From Lama glama (lineage: Eukaryota): a stretch of 64,000 nt of DNA. The notes beneath the pieces are model-generated. The model made no database searches. It was not told the origin of the DNA and saw only the letters and a program-made list of their open reading frames with translations. The position numbers and the translations under genes are program-made. The stretch spans positions 496,001-560,000 of the forward strand of contig CM052816.1 of the NCBI GenBank assembly GCA_028534125.1, given 5' to 3'. Positions 1 to 10,139 of this stretch are shown here, one piece after another (the first letter of the stretch is position 1; each line of letters begins with the position of its first letter).

Positions 1-96
1 GAGTCGTTTATGGGAGGAGTGACAATCCCTGTAAGATTTCAGCGTGCGAAGACGTGGGTCGGCCGGCTGGCACACCACGGCTAGCTGGGCCGGGCT

Positions 97-222
97 GGGG
101 CGCGTCCAGCGCTGCCAGGAGCCAGGCGGAGGGGAGCGCTCCGCTGCCAGGACACAGGAAGGTGGAGTACACCGCTGCCAGGACCCTGCGCGGTGGAGCG
201 TACCTCTGCCAGGACCTTGCGC
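97..222 (+). repeat. Degenerate ~31-bp tandem repeat (4 units, core CTGCCAGGA)
   Basis: CTGCCAGGA at 112, 144, 175 and 206. The last two units read GGTGGAGTACACCGCTGCCAGGACCCTGCGC and GGTGGAGCGTACCTCTGCCAGGACCTTGCGC. Confidence 0.8.
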
Positions 223-393
223 CGGGCGCCCCGCCATCCCGGTCGCCATTCTTGTCCTCTGTCCCAGCTCTGCATTCCCGTCCGCGCGTTCCCATCCCCG
301 CCTCTCCGCGGTGTCTCCGGCCTCGCCCGCCCGCCCAGCCACCCGTGCGCCCCTGTCCGCGCCCTCCTCGAGGGCCTCGCCGCCGCCGCCGCC

Positions 394-783
394 CTGGCGC
401 TTCCCGGGGGCCCCGCGGAGGCCGCCTGCGCCCTGTGCCAGCGTGCGCCCCGCGAGCCGGTGCGCGCCGACTGCGGCCATCGCTTCTGCCGGGCGTGCGT
501 GGTGCGCTTCTGGGCCGAGGAGGACGGGCCCTTCCCGTGTCCCGAGTGCGCCGACGACTGCTGGCAGCGCGCCGTGGAACCCGGCCGCCCGCCGCTCAGC
601 CGCCGCCTGCTGGCGCTTGAGGAGGCGGCCGCGGCGCCCGCTCGCGACGGCCCGGCCTCGGAGGCGGCGCTGCAGCTGCTGTGCCGCGCGGACGGGGGCC
701 CGCTCTGCGCCGCTTGCCGCATGGCCGCGGGGCCCGAGCCGCCCGAGTGGGAGCCCCGCTGGAGGAAGGCGCTGCGCGGCAAG
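394..783 (+). CDS. RNF187: RNF187 (RACO-1) E3 ubiquitin ligase, coding exon 1 (RING domain), CUG start
   Basis: gccgccCTGg start. Translates (M)[51 protein letters not shown]...WRKALRGK, a C3HC4 RING matching recalled RNF187. Donor AAG|GTGCGC at 784. Confidence 0.95.
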
Positions 784-1780
784 GTGCGCGCGGGCGGCGC
801 GCCGTTAGCTGCCCTTCCCCCGGAGGGTGTCCTGTCCCCCTCCCCATTTTCCGAAGGGCGCCCTGAGCCTCATTTCCATCTTCTGGACGGTTCTCCGTCC
901 CCATCCCTCCCCCCATACCCTGCTTGGTGTCCTGTCCCCTGTCCATCCTGTGTATGGTGCCCACTGCCCTTTTTCCCAACCCTGGATGGTGCCCTGTTCC
1001 CCCATCCCCTATTCCCGGATGTTGCTCTCTCCCCACTCCCCCACCCCCGGAAGGCTTTGCCCTTGGGGGGTGGGGCTGCCACAGGGTGACGTCGTGCGGG
1101 GAGCATGGCAGTGACGCACAGGGGTCTAGATAGGCGGGTGGGGCCCACAGCAGGACTCCGTCTGCAAGTGGCCGGTAGGATAGGGCTGTACGTAACTGGG
1201 AACTCAGAACTGGGACCTGGGACCATGGCGTGGGCATCGGACATCATGGGGTGGTGGGGGATGGGGAAAAAGGACACTGTCCAGGAATGGGGGCCTGTGT
1301 CAGGGGTCGGATGCTGGGGATCCCCTTGGTGGGCAGTGGGGTGTGATGTCCAGGAGCTGTGTTGGGGTTATAGCATGTATCCAGGGGAGTTGGACCCCGC
1401 CTCCTCCTGAAGGGCCCAACCCACCCAGTCAGCTGGGCAGTTCCTGGATATGGTCATGCTCACCCCAAAAGGGCCATTCTCCGTCCCTGTGCTGGGGACA
1501 GTAACACCAGAGACCCCAGGGGACGGCCTTGTGTACAGTTACCCGCTTAGATTCTTAGCATGAGTACTTCTATCAGACTTCCTCCTGGAGAGAACTTAGG
1601 GGGTCACTCAGACCCAATCTGGCGCCTGCAGGGTTCTGAGGTGTCTAGTGGGCCAAGACCATGGGCTGAGGCCTTCTGGACAGTTAGACGGTCAGGGGAC
1701 TCTGATGGTGTGATGCCCCCCTGGTTGGCCCCAGACCTTCAAACGTGGCCACACACCCTGTAACAAGCATGTTTTTCCAG

Positions 1781-1873
1781 GAGAACAAGGGGTCTGTGGA
1801 GATCATGAGGAAAGATCTGAACGATGCTCGGGACCTGCATGGCCAGGCTGAGTCTGCTGCTGCTGTGTGGAAG
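1781..1873 (+). CDS. RNF187: RNF187 coding exon 2
   Basis: Acceptor gtttttccag|GAG; encodes [31 protein letters not shown]; donor AAG|GCAAGT (GC type). Confidence 0.93.
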
Positions 1874-2077
1874 GCAAGTGGGGTGGGAGTGGAGTCCACA
1901 TGAACGAGGGAACATGGATATGTACCCTGACCCTGTCTGGCAGGGTCTTGGGACGCAGCTGAGCATTGTACAGCAAACCCTTCTCTCCTCCTTGAGATGG
2001 TCAGTGGTGGGTTGGAGGGTCTCAGGGTGTAGCCCGAGGACACGGGTGTTCCTCCCTGCTGTCCACCTGCCCTTTAG

Positions 2078-2299
2078 GGACACGTGATGGACCGGAGGAA
2101 GAAGGCTCTGACTGACTACAAGAAGCTTCGGGCCTTCTTTGCTGAGGAAGAGGGGCGCTTCCTGCAGGAGGCAGAGAAAGAGGAAGGGTCCCCTGAGGAT
2201 GAGGACGAGGACCCGGCAGAGAGGTTCAGGTCCCTGCTGCAGGCTGTGTCGGAGCTGGAGAGGAGGCATCGCAACCTGGGCCTCAGCATGCTGCTCCAG
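2078..2299 (+). CDS. RNF187: RNF187 coding exon 3
   Basis: Acceptor ccctttag|GGA; encodes [21 protein letters not shown]...[11 protein letters not shown]; donor CAG|GTGGGC. Exons 1-3 give 130+31+74=235 aa. Confidence 0.93.
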
Positions 2300-2804
2300 G
2301 TGGGCCCCCTGTCCTGTGTCAGAAGAGGGAGGGCAGACGGGGCGCGGATTCCAGAATTGGCAGAGTGGTTGCTTACCAACAGGGGAGCCTTAAGCCAGCT
2401 GCCTGGTTTGTTTGGTGCTGAATTTCAGGAATGAGTAATCCAGGAGACTCTCCAGTGGCCATGAGGTCAGGAGAGGCAGGGGCCCTGAGGAGAGTCGCTG
2501 TTGCCATGCCCTCCTTAGACTCTCTGCCCCGAGGCCTTGCCTAAACCTGGAGATTCGGGGCTCTTTGCACCTCCAGGTCTGATTCCGGAGCAGGCAGCCT
2601 CCATCCGTCCTTGCTCTGGGCTGAGAAGTGTCATTTACCTCTGCCAATACTGGTTCATCAGCTCCAAGTTGGGGGTGATTGCGGGTGATGAGGCTTTGGC
2701 CTTGGGGAGATGTGTGGGTCTGGTGGAGCTGGGGTCCCTAGTCACCTGGGTTCCAGGATAGAAGCTCCCTGTCTCCCTCTCTCCTTCTCTCCCTCCCCAT
2801 GCAG

Positions 2805-2807
2805 TGA
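2805..2807 (+). CDS. RNF187: RNF187 exon 4 coding part (stop codon TGA only; 3' UTR follows)
   Basis: Long polypyrimidine tract 2765-2800, then gcag|TGA in phase 0 with exon 3. The protein ends ...SMLLQ as recalled for human RNF187. Confidence 0.8.
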   Translation, partial: 

Positions 2808-4789
2808 TGTGCTGTCTGCCCAGGCACCAGGCAGAGGAAGCTTGCTCCACCCCTGGCCTGAAGCAGCTCCTCCATCTGCCTCCTTCTGGACCCCCTTGTC
2901 ATCTTTCAAGACACCCCCTCGCCCTGAGTGTCTTCACTTAGGTGTAGATGCGGCCTGTGAACTGTAGATGCCCGCCTAGGGTAGTTCAAGACAGTGCTCC
3001 TGAGAAGAGTGTTTGTGTTCCCTTCTCCTCTGGGTGTTCATGTTTCGAGGATGTAAACATTTCACTGTAGAGGTCTGTACTGAGGGTAAGTTAACCTGAG
3101 TATGTCCTGCCTCCATAAAGCTCTTTTCACTGCCCCAAGTCTTGTCGGATTTGCTGGGGTCTCTGTGGGCCGTAGTCATCGACATCTCCAGGCAGCCTAG
3201 GTTGTCCAGACCGGGTACCTGCCCTGTTTAAGTGCAGCCGGTGACAGGGCTGCTCAACCAGACATGCACACCTGAGCCCGCAGACCCCTCCACCCACCCA
3301 CCCATGCACTGGGCCTGCCAGTTAAGGTTACATTTCAGATGAGCGTCAAGGGAAAGGAATGTCCAGGGTGCCTGGGTCGGGTGGGCCGGCTGATCAGAAC
3401 CTGTCGCCTCTGCTTACGGTCCTCAGGCTCTGTGTGTCTGCTCCTAGTGTGTCTCCTTGTCCTGCTCTCATTTCTCCTTCTGTCCCTTGGTTGCCGGCAG
3501 TCTCCCAGGAATCGGCCTTACAATCACTGTCCTTCCCTGTCTGCCTGCTTGTCCCTCACTGACCCCAGATTTCCCCCTGGGGCAGGAGGAGCCGTGCCAG
3601 GCTCAGGCCATCCCCAGGCCGCTCCGTGGTGTTTCATCTCCTGCTACCTCTGGCTTCCCTTCATATTTCTTCTGCTAGACAGATTTAACAAAACCCCTGA
3701 TTTAGTAGTAGTGTCATTGTGCAGGTCAGTCCAGGTGACAAAAACGCAGCACAAAGTGACAAGGTCATGGGGTTCAAGAATTGATGCAGACAGACATTTA
3801 GGATGGTGGCTAGGGCTGTGAGTCATTCCGGAAAGTACAGCTTTGTGACCAGTGGCCCGTTTCTGGATGAAGCCTCTCAGACTTGGGAGTCACTGGCCCT
3901 TGGCACTGCTGGCCTCTTGTGTTTTTGTGTGCTTGGGGGTGGCCTGTCTGCCTGGTAGCCAGCGCTCAAAGAGGACCTGCTCCAGTCAGTTTGCTTGCCA
4001 TCCCTCCTCCCATCTAGCTCCTCCCCATAGTCCGGCTGGTCGCAGAGGAGGCACTGTGCACTGTCTCATGTCAGGGGCTTCTGTGGGTGGGCTCAGATCA
4101 GGGGTTAGCCCTAGGAGTGCCTCTGTCCCCCTCCCTGGCTCCCATTCCAGAAGCATTGGGGGCATGGGAGGGGGCTGGCTGCCTGGCCTGTGTCCAGTAG
4201 GCCAGGAATGTCCCCAGCACGGGTGACCTTTGATTCCAGCGAGCTCTGGCGTCCCACTTAGCAGCTCTGAATGTCCAGTGGTGAAAGCTCCACACCGGCC
4301 TGCCCTCACTTGGGTCAGCTCCCACCCTCTGCTCCCCACTGACCAGTCACAGTGGCCTTTCCAACCTTGGACCTCTGTTCTCCGTGGAAAAGTGTTCCTC
4401 TACCAGATGTCTGTCTGCATGGCTGCTCTCAATCTCCTTCAAATCTGTGCTGAAATATTTCCGGAAACGTCATGCAATGAAGGATCTTTACAAGCTCCTG
4501 CCCTCAATCTGGATGAGCAGGATCTGAGTGAATGTGTGGCTTCCCCACAGCCCAGGTTCTTTTGGCTGGTCCAGGCGCACATCAGCCTGCATGTCTGAGA
4601 GGGACGAGTGAAGGGAAACCTAGGCTGGGCTTTTTGTGGGCAGACAAGAAGCAGTTCTGTCTGCCAGAAGGCAGGGAGCACGTTTTAAAGAAATCGATTT
4701 ATTTATTCAATACTGAGATACATTTCCAATTCTTATTATTAGAGATTAGTGAGAAAAGTCATGAATAGTTGGGACCTGTGGCCTGTTTT

Positions 4790-4976
4790 CTTTCTTTCTT
4801 TCTTTCTTTTTTTTTTTTTTTTTACGAAAGCACAGATTTTGCTTGTGTTGTTTGTATTTGACGGGGAGGTAATTGGGTTTCTTCATTAATTTCCTCTTGG
4901 AGCGGGTACTGGGGATTGAACCCGGGACCTCTTGCATGCTGAGCACGTGCTCTACCACTTGAGCTATACCCTCCCC
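4790..4976 (-). mobile_element. tRNA-Ala-derived SINE (camelid Vic-1 type)
   Basis: Minus strand reads GGGGAGGGTATAGCTCAAGTGGTAGAGCACGTGCTCAGCATGCAAGAGGTCCCGGGTTCAATCCCCAGTACC (A and B boxes), then ...CCCAATTACCTCCCC and an A-rich tail. TTTC-rich flanks on both sides. Confidence 0.85.
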
Positions 4977-4993
4977 GCTTTCTTTCTTTTTTT

Positions 4994-5090
4994 CAACAGT
5001 AGGTTATTAGCAGTTAAGTTTTGGGGGATTCAGTAGTTACATGTGAAATTTCAAGCGTACAGAGGGTTAATGCACCTTAACCCCTTGTCT
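4994..5090 (+). mobile_element. Tigger1-like DNA transposon 3' fragment
   Basis: caacagtaggttattagcagttaagtttt...cttaacccc resembles the recalled Tigger1 3' end. Confidence 0.55.
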
Positions 5091-5094
5091 TTTT

Positions 5095-5185
5095 AAATTA
5101 TTTTATTTTTAAAATTTTTTTTATCGAAGTGTAGTCAGTTTACAACATCTTACCAATTTCTGGTGTACAGCATAATGTTTTAGCC
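5095..5185 (-). mobile_element. LINE-1 extreme 3' fragment
   Basis: T-rich tail then gaagtgtagtcagtttacaa...tttctggtgtacagcataatg, shared with other L1 tails in the window (e.g. 56143). Confidence 0.7.
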
Positions 5186-5349
5186 ACTGTGGCCTGTTTC
5201 CAATGTCAGGATCCTTTGTCCAAGGGGAGTAGGGACAAATGCTGAGGGTTGTGTTCACACTCCTAGTTGAGAAATTCATTGCATTTCGATGACAACAAAA
5301 TACGGAAGGAGATGCTTGCATTCGTAGATGGTCTGAGACTTGCACGTGG

Positions 5350-5830
5350 AAATGCCAGTGAGGTACTGCGCCAGCTGAGGCCTAGGTGATGTCAAGCTTG
5401 AGTCAAGACGCCCTGAGCGGGTATGGGCTAGCACTGCTCTTTGAGAGACCAGCCTGAGAGGGTCAAACTAAGTCAACTTAAGAGAGTCAGGCCAGCTGGG
5501 AGGTTAGAGGGAATGAAGGCTCTGGTGCTCATAGTGAAGGTTTATCACTGGGAAAGGAGACAGGTTAACATAAGCCAAGGGGAGAGGCACATCAGGAAAA
5601 GTCCTGATTCTGTTGTCCTCTCCCCGTGGAGTCAGGGCAGTGACGCTTTCCCGCATCTGTGTGTGACCAATCCAGTGAAGCATGCAGAGCTCGGTGGGGG
5701 GGGGGGGTTCCCTGAGTCTCGGTGTCCACAGCCTCCGTCTATGTGGTCTGTTGCATTTGTGTGCTGACTCCCCACATGGCTGGCCTTAGCCTGCAACCCC
5801 TCAGGAGATGGAGCTGTAGGACCCAAAGCC
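5350..5830 (-). mobile_element. Old LTR, MER21-like
   Basis: ggtttatcactgggaaaggagacagg...gttgtcctctccccgtggagtc...cctgagtctcggtgtccaca...cacatggctggccttag follows the recalled MER21 layout. Confidence 0.5.
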
Positions 5831-8390
5831 CCTGCCCCACACCAGAAGGTCAGACCACCCAGTGTGGCCCGTGGCCCCACGCACACAGACAGGCAGGGCA
5901 CCCCGAGGGCTCCGAGGTCACGTCCCGGTAGTCACCTAGACAATACACCATGTGCTGCCTTACAATGTGGCAATTCCAGCCCTGGTTTGCTGTGCTAAAG
6001 AGATGCCAGCGTGGTTTGATGAGGTGGCGGGCACAGGACCATTAATGAATCTTGTTGGAGGAGATCCCACATCCCTGTGACTGCGGAAGCAGGCAGGTGG
6101 CTACGGGGGATGCCAGCGTGGGGAGCTGTGCAGTGGACCTGGTTCTGCCACAGGGCATGGGCGTGGTGGGGCCCTGACTTGACTTGCATGCCCAAGAGGT
6201 ACGGAGAACTCCAGGGGAGCGAGTCTGCTGGCAATGTCCTTGGTGCAGGTGCCGCTTTGTCCCTGGGTATGACCTGCCGGGGAGGGCAGGCCTTAGGGCT
6301 ATTGCCAGTCCCGAGGATGGGGCTGAGCTCTGCGCAGACCTGCGGAACGCTGCCCATCCTATCGCTGTGGTTGGTAGGATTTCCCCTAGCTCCGCCCTGC
6401 CATGGGGGGCGTGGGCTCATGGAACACAAGAACTACCCACAGTGGTTGACGAGAATACTGCCATTGCTTCTTTGCCCCCATCTAACAAGCTGGGGTCCAT
6501 CTGGGGCTGGGAATGGTTTCCTCAGGTGAGATGATTGGGCTTATAAAAAAAAAATGCCTCTTCTGCTCAACTAAGTGTCTCATGGCCGGAGTCAATTCAG
6601 ACAGAGCAGTAGAAGGTGTTCACAGTGTCCAAACCTGTGTGGCTCATACCGAGACTTGCAAGGAGCTCCTGCAAATCATGAAGAGCCAAAAGTGACTGGA
6701 GTGAAAATAACATGGCAGAGGTGTGGACAAGCAAGTGTGTAAGAGGAGCCAGAGGGCTCAGAAACCCAGGAGGAGATGCTCAAACTCCTTAGTTTTGGGA
6801 GCAGAGAAATCACATGCCCTGCAAGAGCAATGACTCACACTGTTGGGTTGATGGAGATGGGAAAGCTGCCACCCTCTGTCCCCTGCACCACTGCTGCCGG
6901 GTGTCATCAGATTTAGGGCATGACCCTGGACCCAGTGACCCCACTTCCAGGTGTTCCTTCTTTAGTCCTCCCCAGGCCCCCAGAGGGATGCACACTCGGG
7001 CATCTGCGGCACTGTAATCTTGGGCGTTGGGCAGGGAGAGTGCCAATGCCCCTCACTGGGGGAGGTGGAATGGATGGAGGCTGCAGAGTATGCTGAAGCC
7101 CCGAGGAGATAACAGGAGTTGGACACATGGGGATACATTAGTGCTTAGAGCACTGAGCTGTGGCATCATGCTGCAAACAAGACAGTGAAGTATAAAACAG
7201 TACTGTTTACCTAAACTTAGTGTATGCCATGGAACACTTCATGGTTGGAAGAATATTTCACACAGGATAAACGGAACCCATTAGGGTATAGTTGCCTATG
7301 AAGTGGGGACTAGCAACAAACCAAAGGAAAAGAACCAAGATGACGCACAGGGGTAGAAGAAGGGAAGGAGAGATGCTTTGGTGGTTCTGGGACCACCCTA
7401 GCTTAGGACTTCACATTAGGGAAGAAAGTTAGGTTCCATGATACTTTAAGTCACTTTGGGGTTTCTGTAGTGGCTAGCTAGTCCTGTGACTAACTCTTTG
7501 TCAAATCTGGGTGTGTATATGCAAGGAGCCTTAGAAGTTTGGGAATATTAAGGTGGTATGCAGCCTGGAAGAAGTTGGGGGCCCTGCAATAAATGAACAA
7601 AGAATACTTTATTTAAATGCGCAAGCACACTGGTTCAATCTTATGGACTCACTGGGTCTCTCTGGCCATGCTACATCATACAGATTTCAGGGGACCTTCT
7701 TCCTGACTCTCACCTTGAGACTCTAGGAGGCTGTGCCCCCCATCTTGGAGTATCTACATTTCTTTTTACTTTCTCCGTGGAGTCCCAGCAATGGTAACCT
7801 TGAAGCCCTCTGTCCTGGATATCTGTGCTCCATCCTCCCTCAGGTGTGGGACGGGTGGTGGCAACTGTTCTCACTTTGGGTCCAAAGGTAGCCTCGGCAC
7901 ACCTAGTGTTTTCTCAAGGGAAGGCTGGTGCCTGGGAGGGGATGGAAAGCCACAAACTAGGTAACAGCTGAAGTTACTTAGAAAGTGAGGTCCCCACAGG
8001 TTCATACTGGGCAGCGAGAAGCAGTAAGGCAGCACCACTCCTCCCTCAAGTCCAGTGGTACAAAGTTGAAGTGCTTCATTTCTTAATGGAATCTTAACTC
8101 AATTTGGAGACGTAATTTAAATGAGACAAAGATCCTGAATTTTTTAGGGATGTGCTTGTGAGCCATTTCTACTTGACAAATCATTCAAGTATTTATAGAG
8201 CTATTTAGAAATGAAATGTCAGTTAAACACTGTCATCATTACAAATAATGATCGAGTAAGTCAACCAGTCAGAGTTAAACTTTCACAGGACATGGTAGTA
8301 ATTATGGATGAAAGGAGTCTGCCACAAAGGTAACCAGGAGACTTTGCTCATGTTTTGTGAAAAACAAGAGGAGGCGCACAGAATTATGAA

Positions 8391-8530
8391 GCAGCCATCC
8401 CACTTTTGGGTATATATCCAAAAGAATTGAAGGCAAGATCTCAAAGAGATAACTGTACAACCATGTTCCTAGCAGCATTATTTGTAATAGAGGAAATGTG
8501 GAAGCAGAGAAATAAAGTGGTGTATACATG
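8391..8530 (+). mobile_element. Old LINE-1 ORF2 3' fragment
   Basis: ccatcccacttttgggtatatatccaaaagaattgaa...catgttcctagcagcattatt, translating as L1-like GIYPKELK...MFLAALF. Confidence 0.65.
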
Positions 8531-9275
8531 CCCCCCCCCCCCCAAAAGAGTAGGCAGATGTGAAAAGAAGTCAGCAGAAAACCGGAACACATTGGTCACA
8601 GATACAAGGACTCCTCACGTCTCTTTTTATCTGCAGTATACGACTATCCTCGTAAAATTTCTCAATCCCGCATCTTGGATCAACCACGGAATTCGTTTAG
8701 GGACAGAGAACGGTGTCTCTTCCTCTGCACGAGCAACCTCTGCTGGTTGACTTTGTTGCAGACTCTTTCGTTAATTGTAAAGATTTTATTCTCACGGTGA
8801 GGCTCCCGGTGACCAGTCCCCCCACCTCCCAAGTCCAGGCTGGTCTGCGGGGGCTTCCCCGACACCTCGACTCGGGGTTAGGCTGCGTTCAGAGCTGGCC
8901 GCGCCTCTGCGGAGAGCTGGCCACCGGCGCGTCCTGCCACCTCCTGGGGCCTGGCGCCCATCAGTAAGGCGACACTCTTGGGCAAGTCTTGGGCTCGGTG
9001 TTTAGGCGGCTCCTGGAGGGCCCCCCTCGGCCACAGCCTGGCAGGGACATCTTGCTCTCTGTCTATCCGCTTGGGACCAGCAACATCGGAGAGAACCCGA
9101 GCCTGAAAGGGGACTTGAGGAGTGTGGCCGAGCTAAAACGTCCATTCCCCTGCCTTCCAGCCGGCAGAGGCAACTGGGCAGCCCTCGGATTCCCGAGGAC
9201 GCGACCATCGGTAAGGACGCACAAGCCAGACCGCTGAGCACGGCGCTGCGCTCCGCACCCTGGGTCCCGGACCGT

Positions 9276-9425
9276 ATGCAAATGAAGCGGCTTTCCAGGT
9301 CTCGTCTGATTGGAGAGCCTGCAAAGCTCGTAGCAAAGCAGCCAATTGGGCTACGAGACTGCAGAGCGCCCTTATCCCATTGGCGGCTGCAACATGCAAC
9401 AGGGAGCCCCCCACCTAGTATAAAA
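9276..9425. promoter_or_regulatory. Histone H2A/H2B-type divergent promoter within a CpG-rich region
   Basis: Octamer ATGCAAAT 9276-9283 in H2B-box context (tATGCAAATgaag). CCAAT/ATTGG boxes at 9309, 9342-9349 (CCAATTGG) and 9379. TATAAAA at 9419-9425. Confidence 0.8.
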
Positions 9426-9454
9426 TCCACCGGTCGGCGCTGAACTCGGAGGAG

Positions 9455-9600
9455 TTCGGCTGCCAAGCCAGTGTGGTGAGGCACGCGCCATCTGCTGTTG
9501 GCCTTCCGCAGCGATGAGGAGCTCAACAAGCTGGTTGGCCATGTGGCCACCGCGAAATGATAGTGTCCTGTTCAATATCCAGCCCGTGCTGCTGCGACGC
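9455..9600 (+). pseudogene. Histone H2A pseudogene (internally deleted, frameshifted)
   Basis: From 9486 reads RHLLLAFRSDEELNKLVGHVATA, then after a frameshift DSVLFNIQPVLL, versus H2A [36 protein letters not shown]. A degenerate GKQGGKARA-like stretch lies at 9462-9490. No ATG. Confidence 0.88.
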
Positions 9601-9617
9601 CACAGGGCCTTGCAACA

Positions 9618-9643
9618 CCAAAGGCTTTTTTCAGGGCCACCCA
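9618..9643 (+). terminator. Replication-dependent histone 3' stem-loop
   Basis: CCAAA GGCTTT TTTC AGGGCC ACCCA matches CCAAAGGYYYUUUUHARRRCCACCCA. Purine-rich AGGAGAAGGA lies just downstream (HDE-like). Confidence 0.85.
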
Positions 9644-10139
9644 CTTGGCCAGGAGAAGGATTATGATATATCACTTCCTCATTCCTCTGTCTTTATCCTT
9701 ACTTGTCTCTGTGCAGATGAAGACCCAGAGCCAAGATTGGTCTAAGAGCTGGCAATGGCCCTAGCCTTCATGCAGAAAAGGTGTATGTATCACTGCTGGC
9801 CACAGCAGGCGACCTGGGCCATGGCAGGGACTCTGCAAGAATGTTGTATGGGATCGGAGACACATACGGAAATGTTGTAGCAGTGTTATGGAACAGGTTT
9901 CCTGGGGCGGCGCCAAAGGATACTTTCTGTGGCCTGGACCCCTCTAATCTATAGCAGGCCCTGAGCCTCAGAGCAGAAGTCATCCCTGTGGCGTTTAGTC
10001 TACTATTCATTGCTTATAGATTGTTTTTTATCACAGCAATTTAATTGTCTCACTCAATATTGGTCACTCAATATTTCTTAATTAAAAAGAGTAAGAAGAA
10101 AAACAGGACAGACATGAGAGCCATCAGATTGAAGCAGAG

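Larger units (their letters stand above)
40..830. promoter_or_regulatory. CpG island over RNF187 promoter/exon 1
   Basis: Very GC-rich with dense CpG dinucleotides from about 40 to just past the exon 1 donor. Confidence 0.85.

Noticed and set aside
97..222. CRISPR-like repeat-spacer pattern
   Set aside because: Mammalian DNA; the spacers are homologous to each other and there are no cas genes, so this is a tandem repeat.
8..1089. Long overlapping ORFs on both strands (254, 188, 233, 298 aa)
   Set aside because: Expected from stop-poor CpG-island sequence. Only 394-783 matches a protein (RNF187); the rest is UTR or intron.
3114..3119. CATAAA as the RNF187 poly(A) signal
   Set aside because: A weak variant hexamer; the 3' end cannot be fixed without transcript data.
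4904..4976. tRNA-Ala(AGC)-like sequence on the minus strand
   Set aside because: It continues into a SINE body and A-tail and has imperfect stems, so it is a SINE head, not a tRNA gene.
5995..6534. ORFs of 116-150 aa as possible BTNL10 remnants
   Set aside because: No Ig or B30.2 motifs and no recognisable homology.
9002..9550. 182-aa minus-strand ORF as a possible H2B or novel gene
   Set aside because: No H2B motifs; it is antisense to the H2A remnant and promoter in GC-rich DNA.
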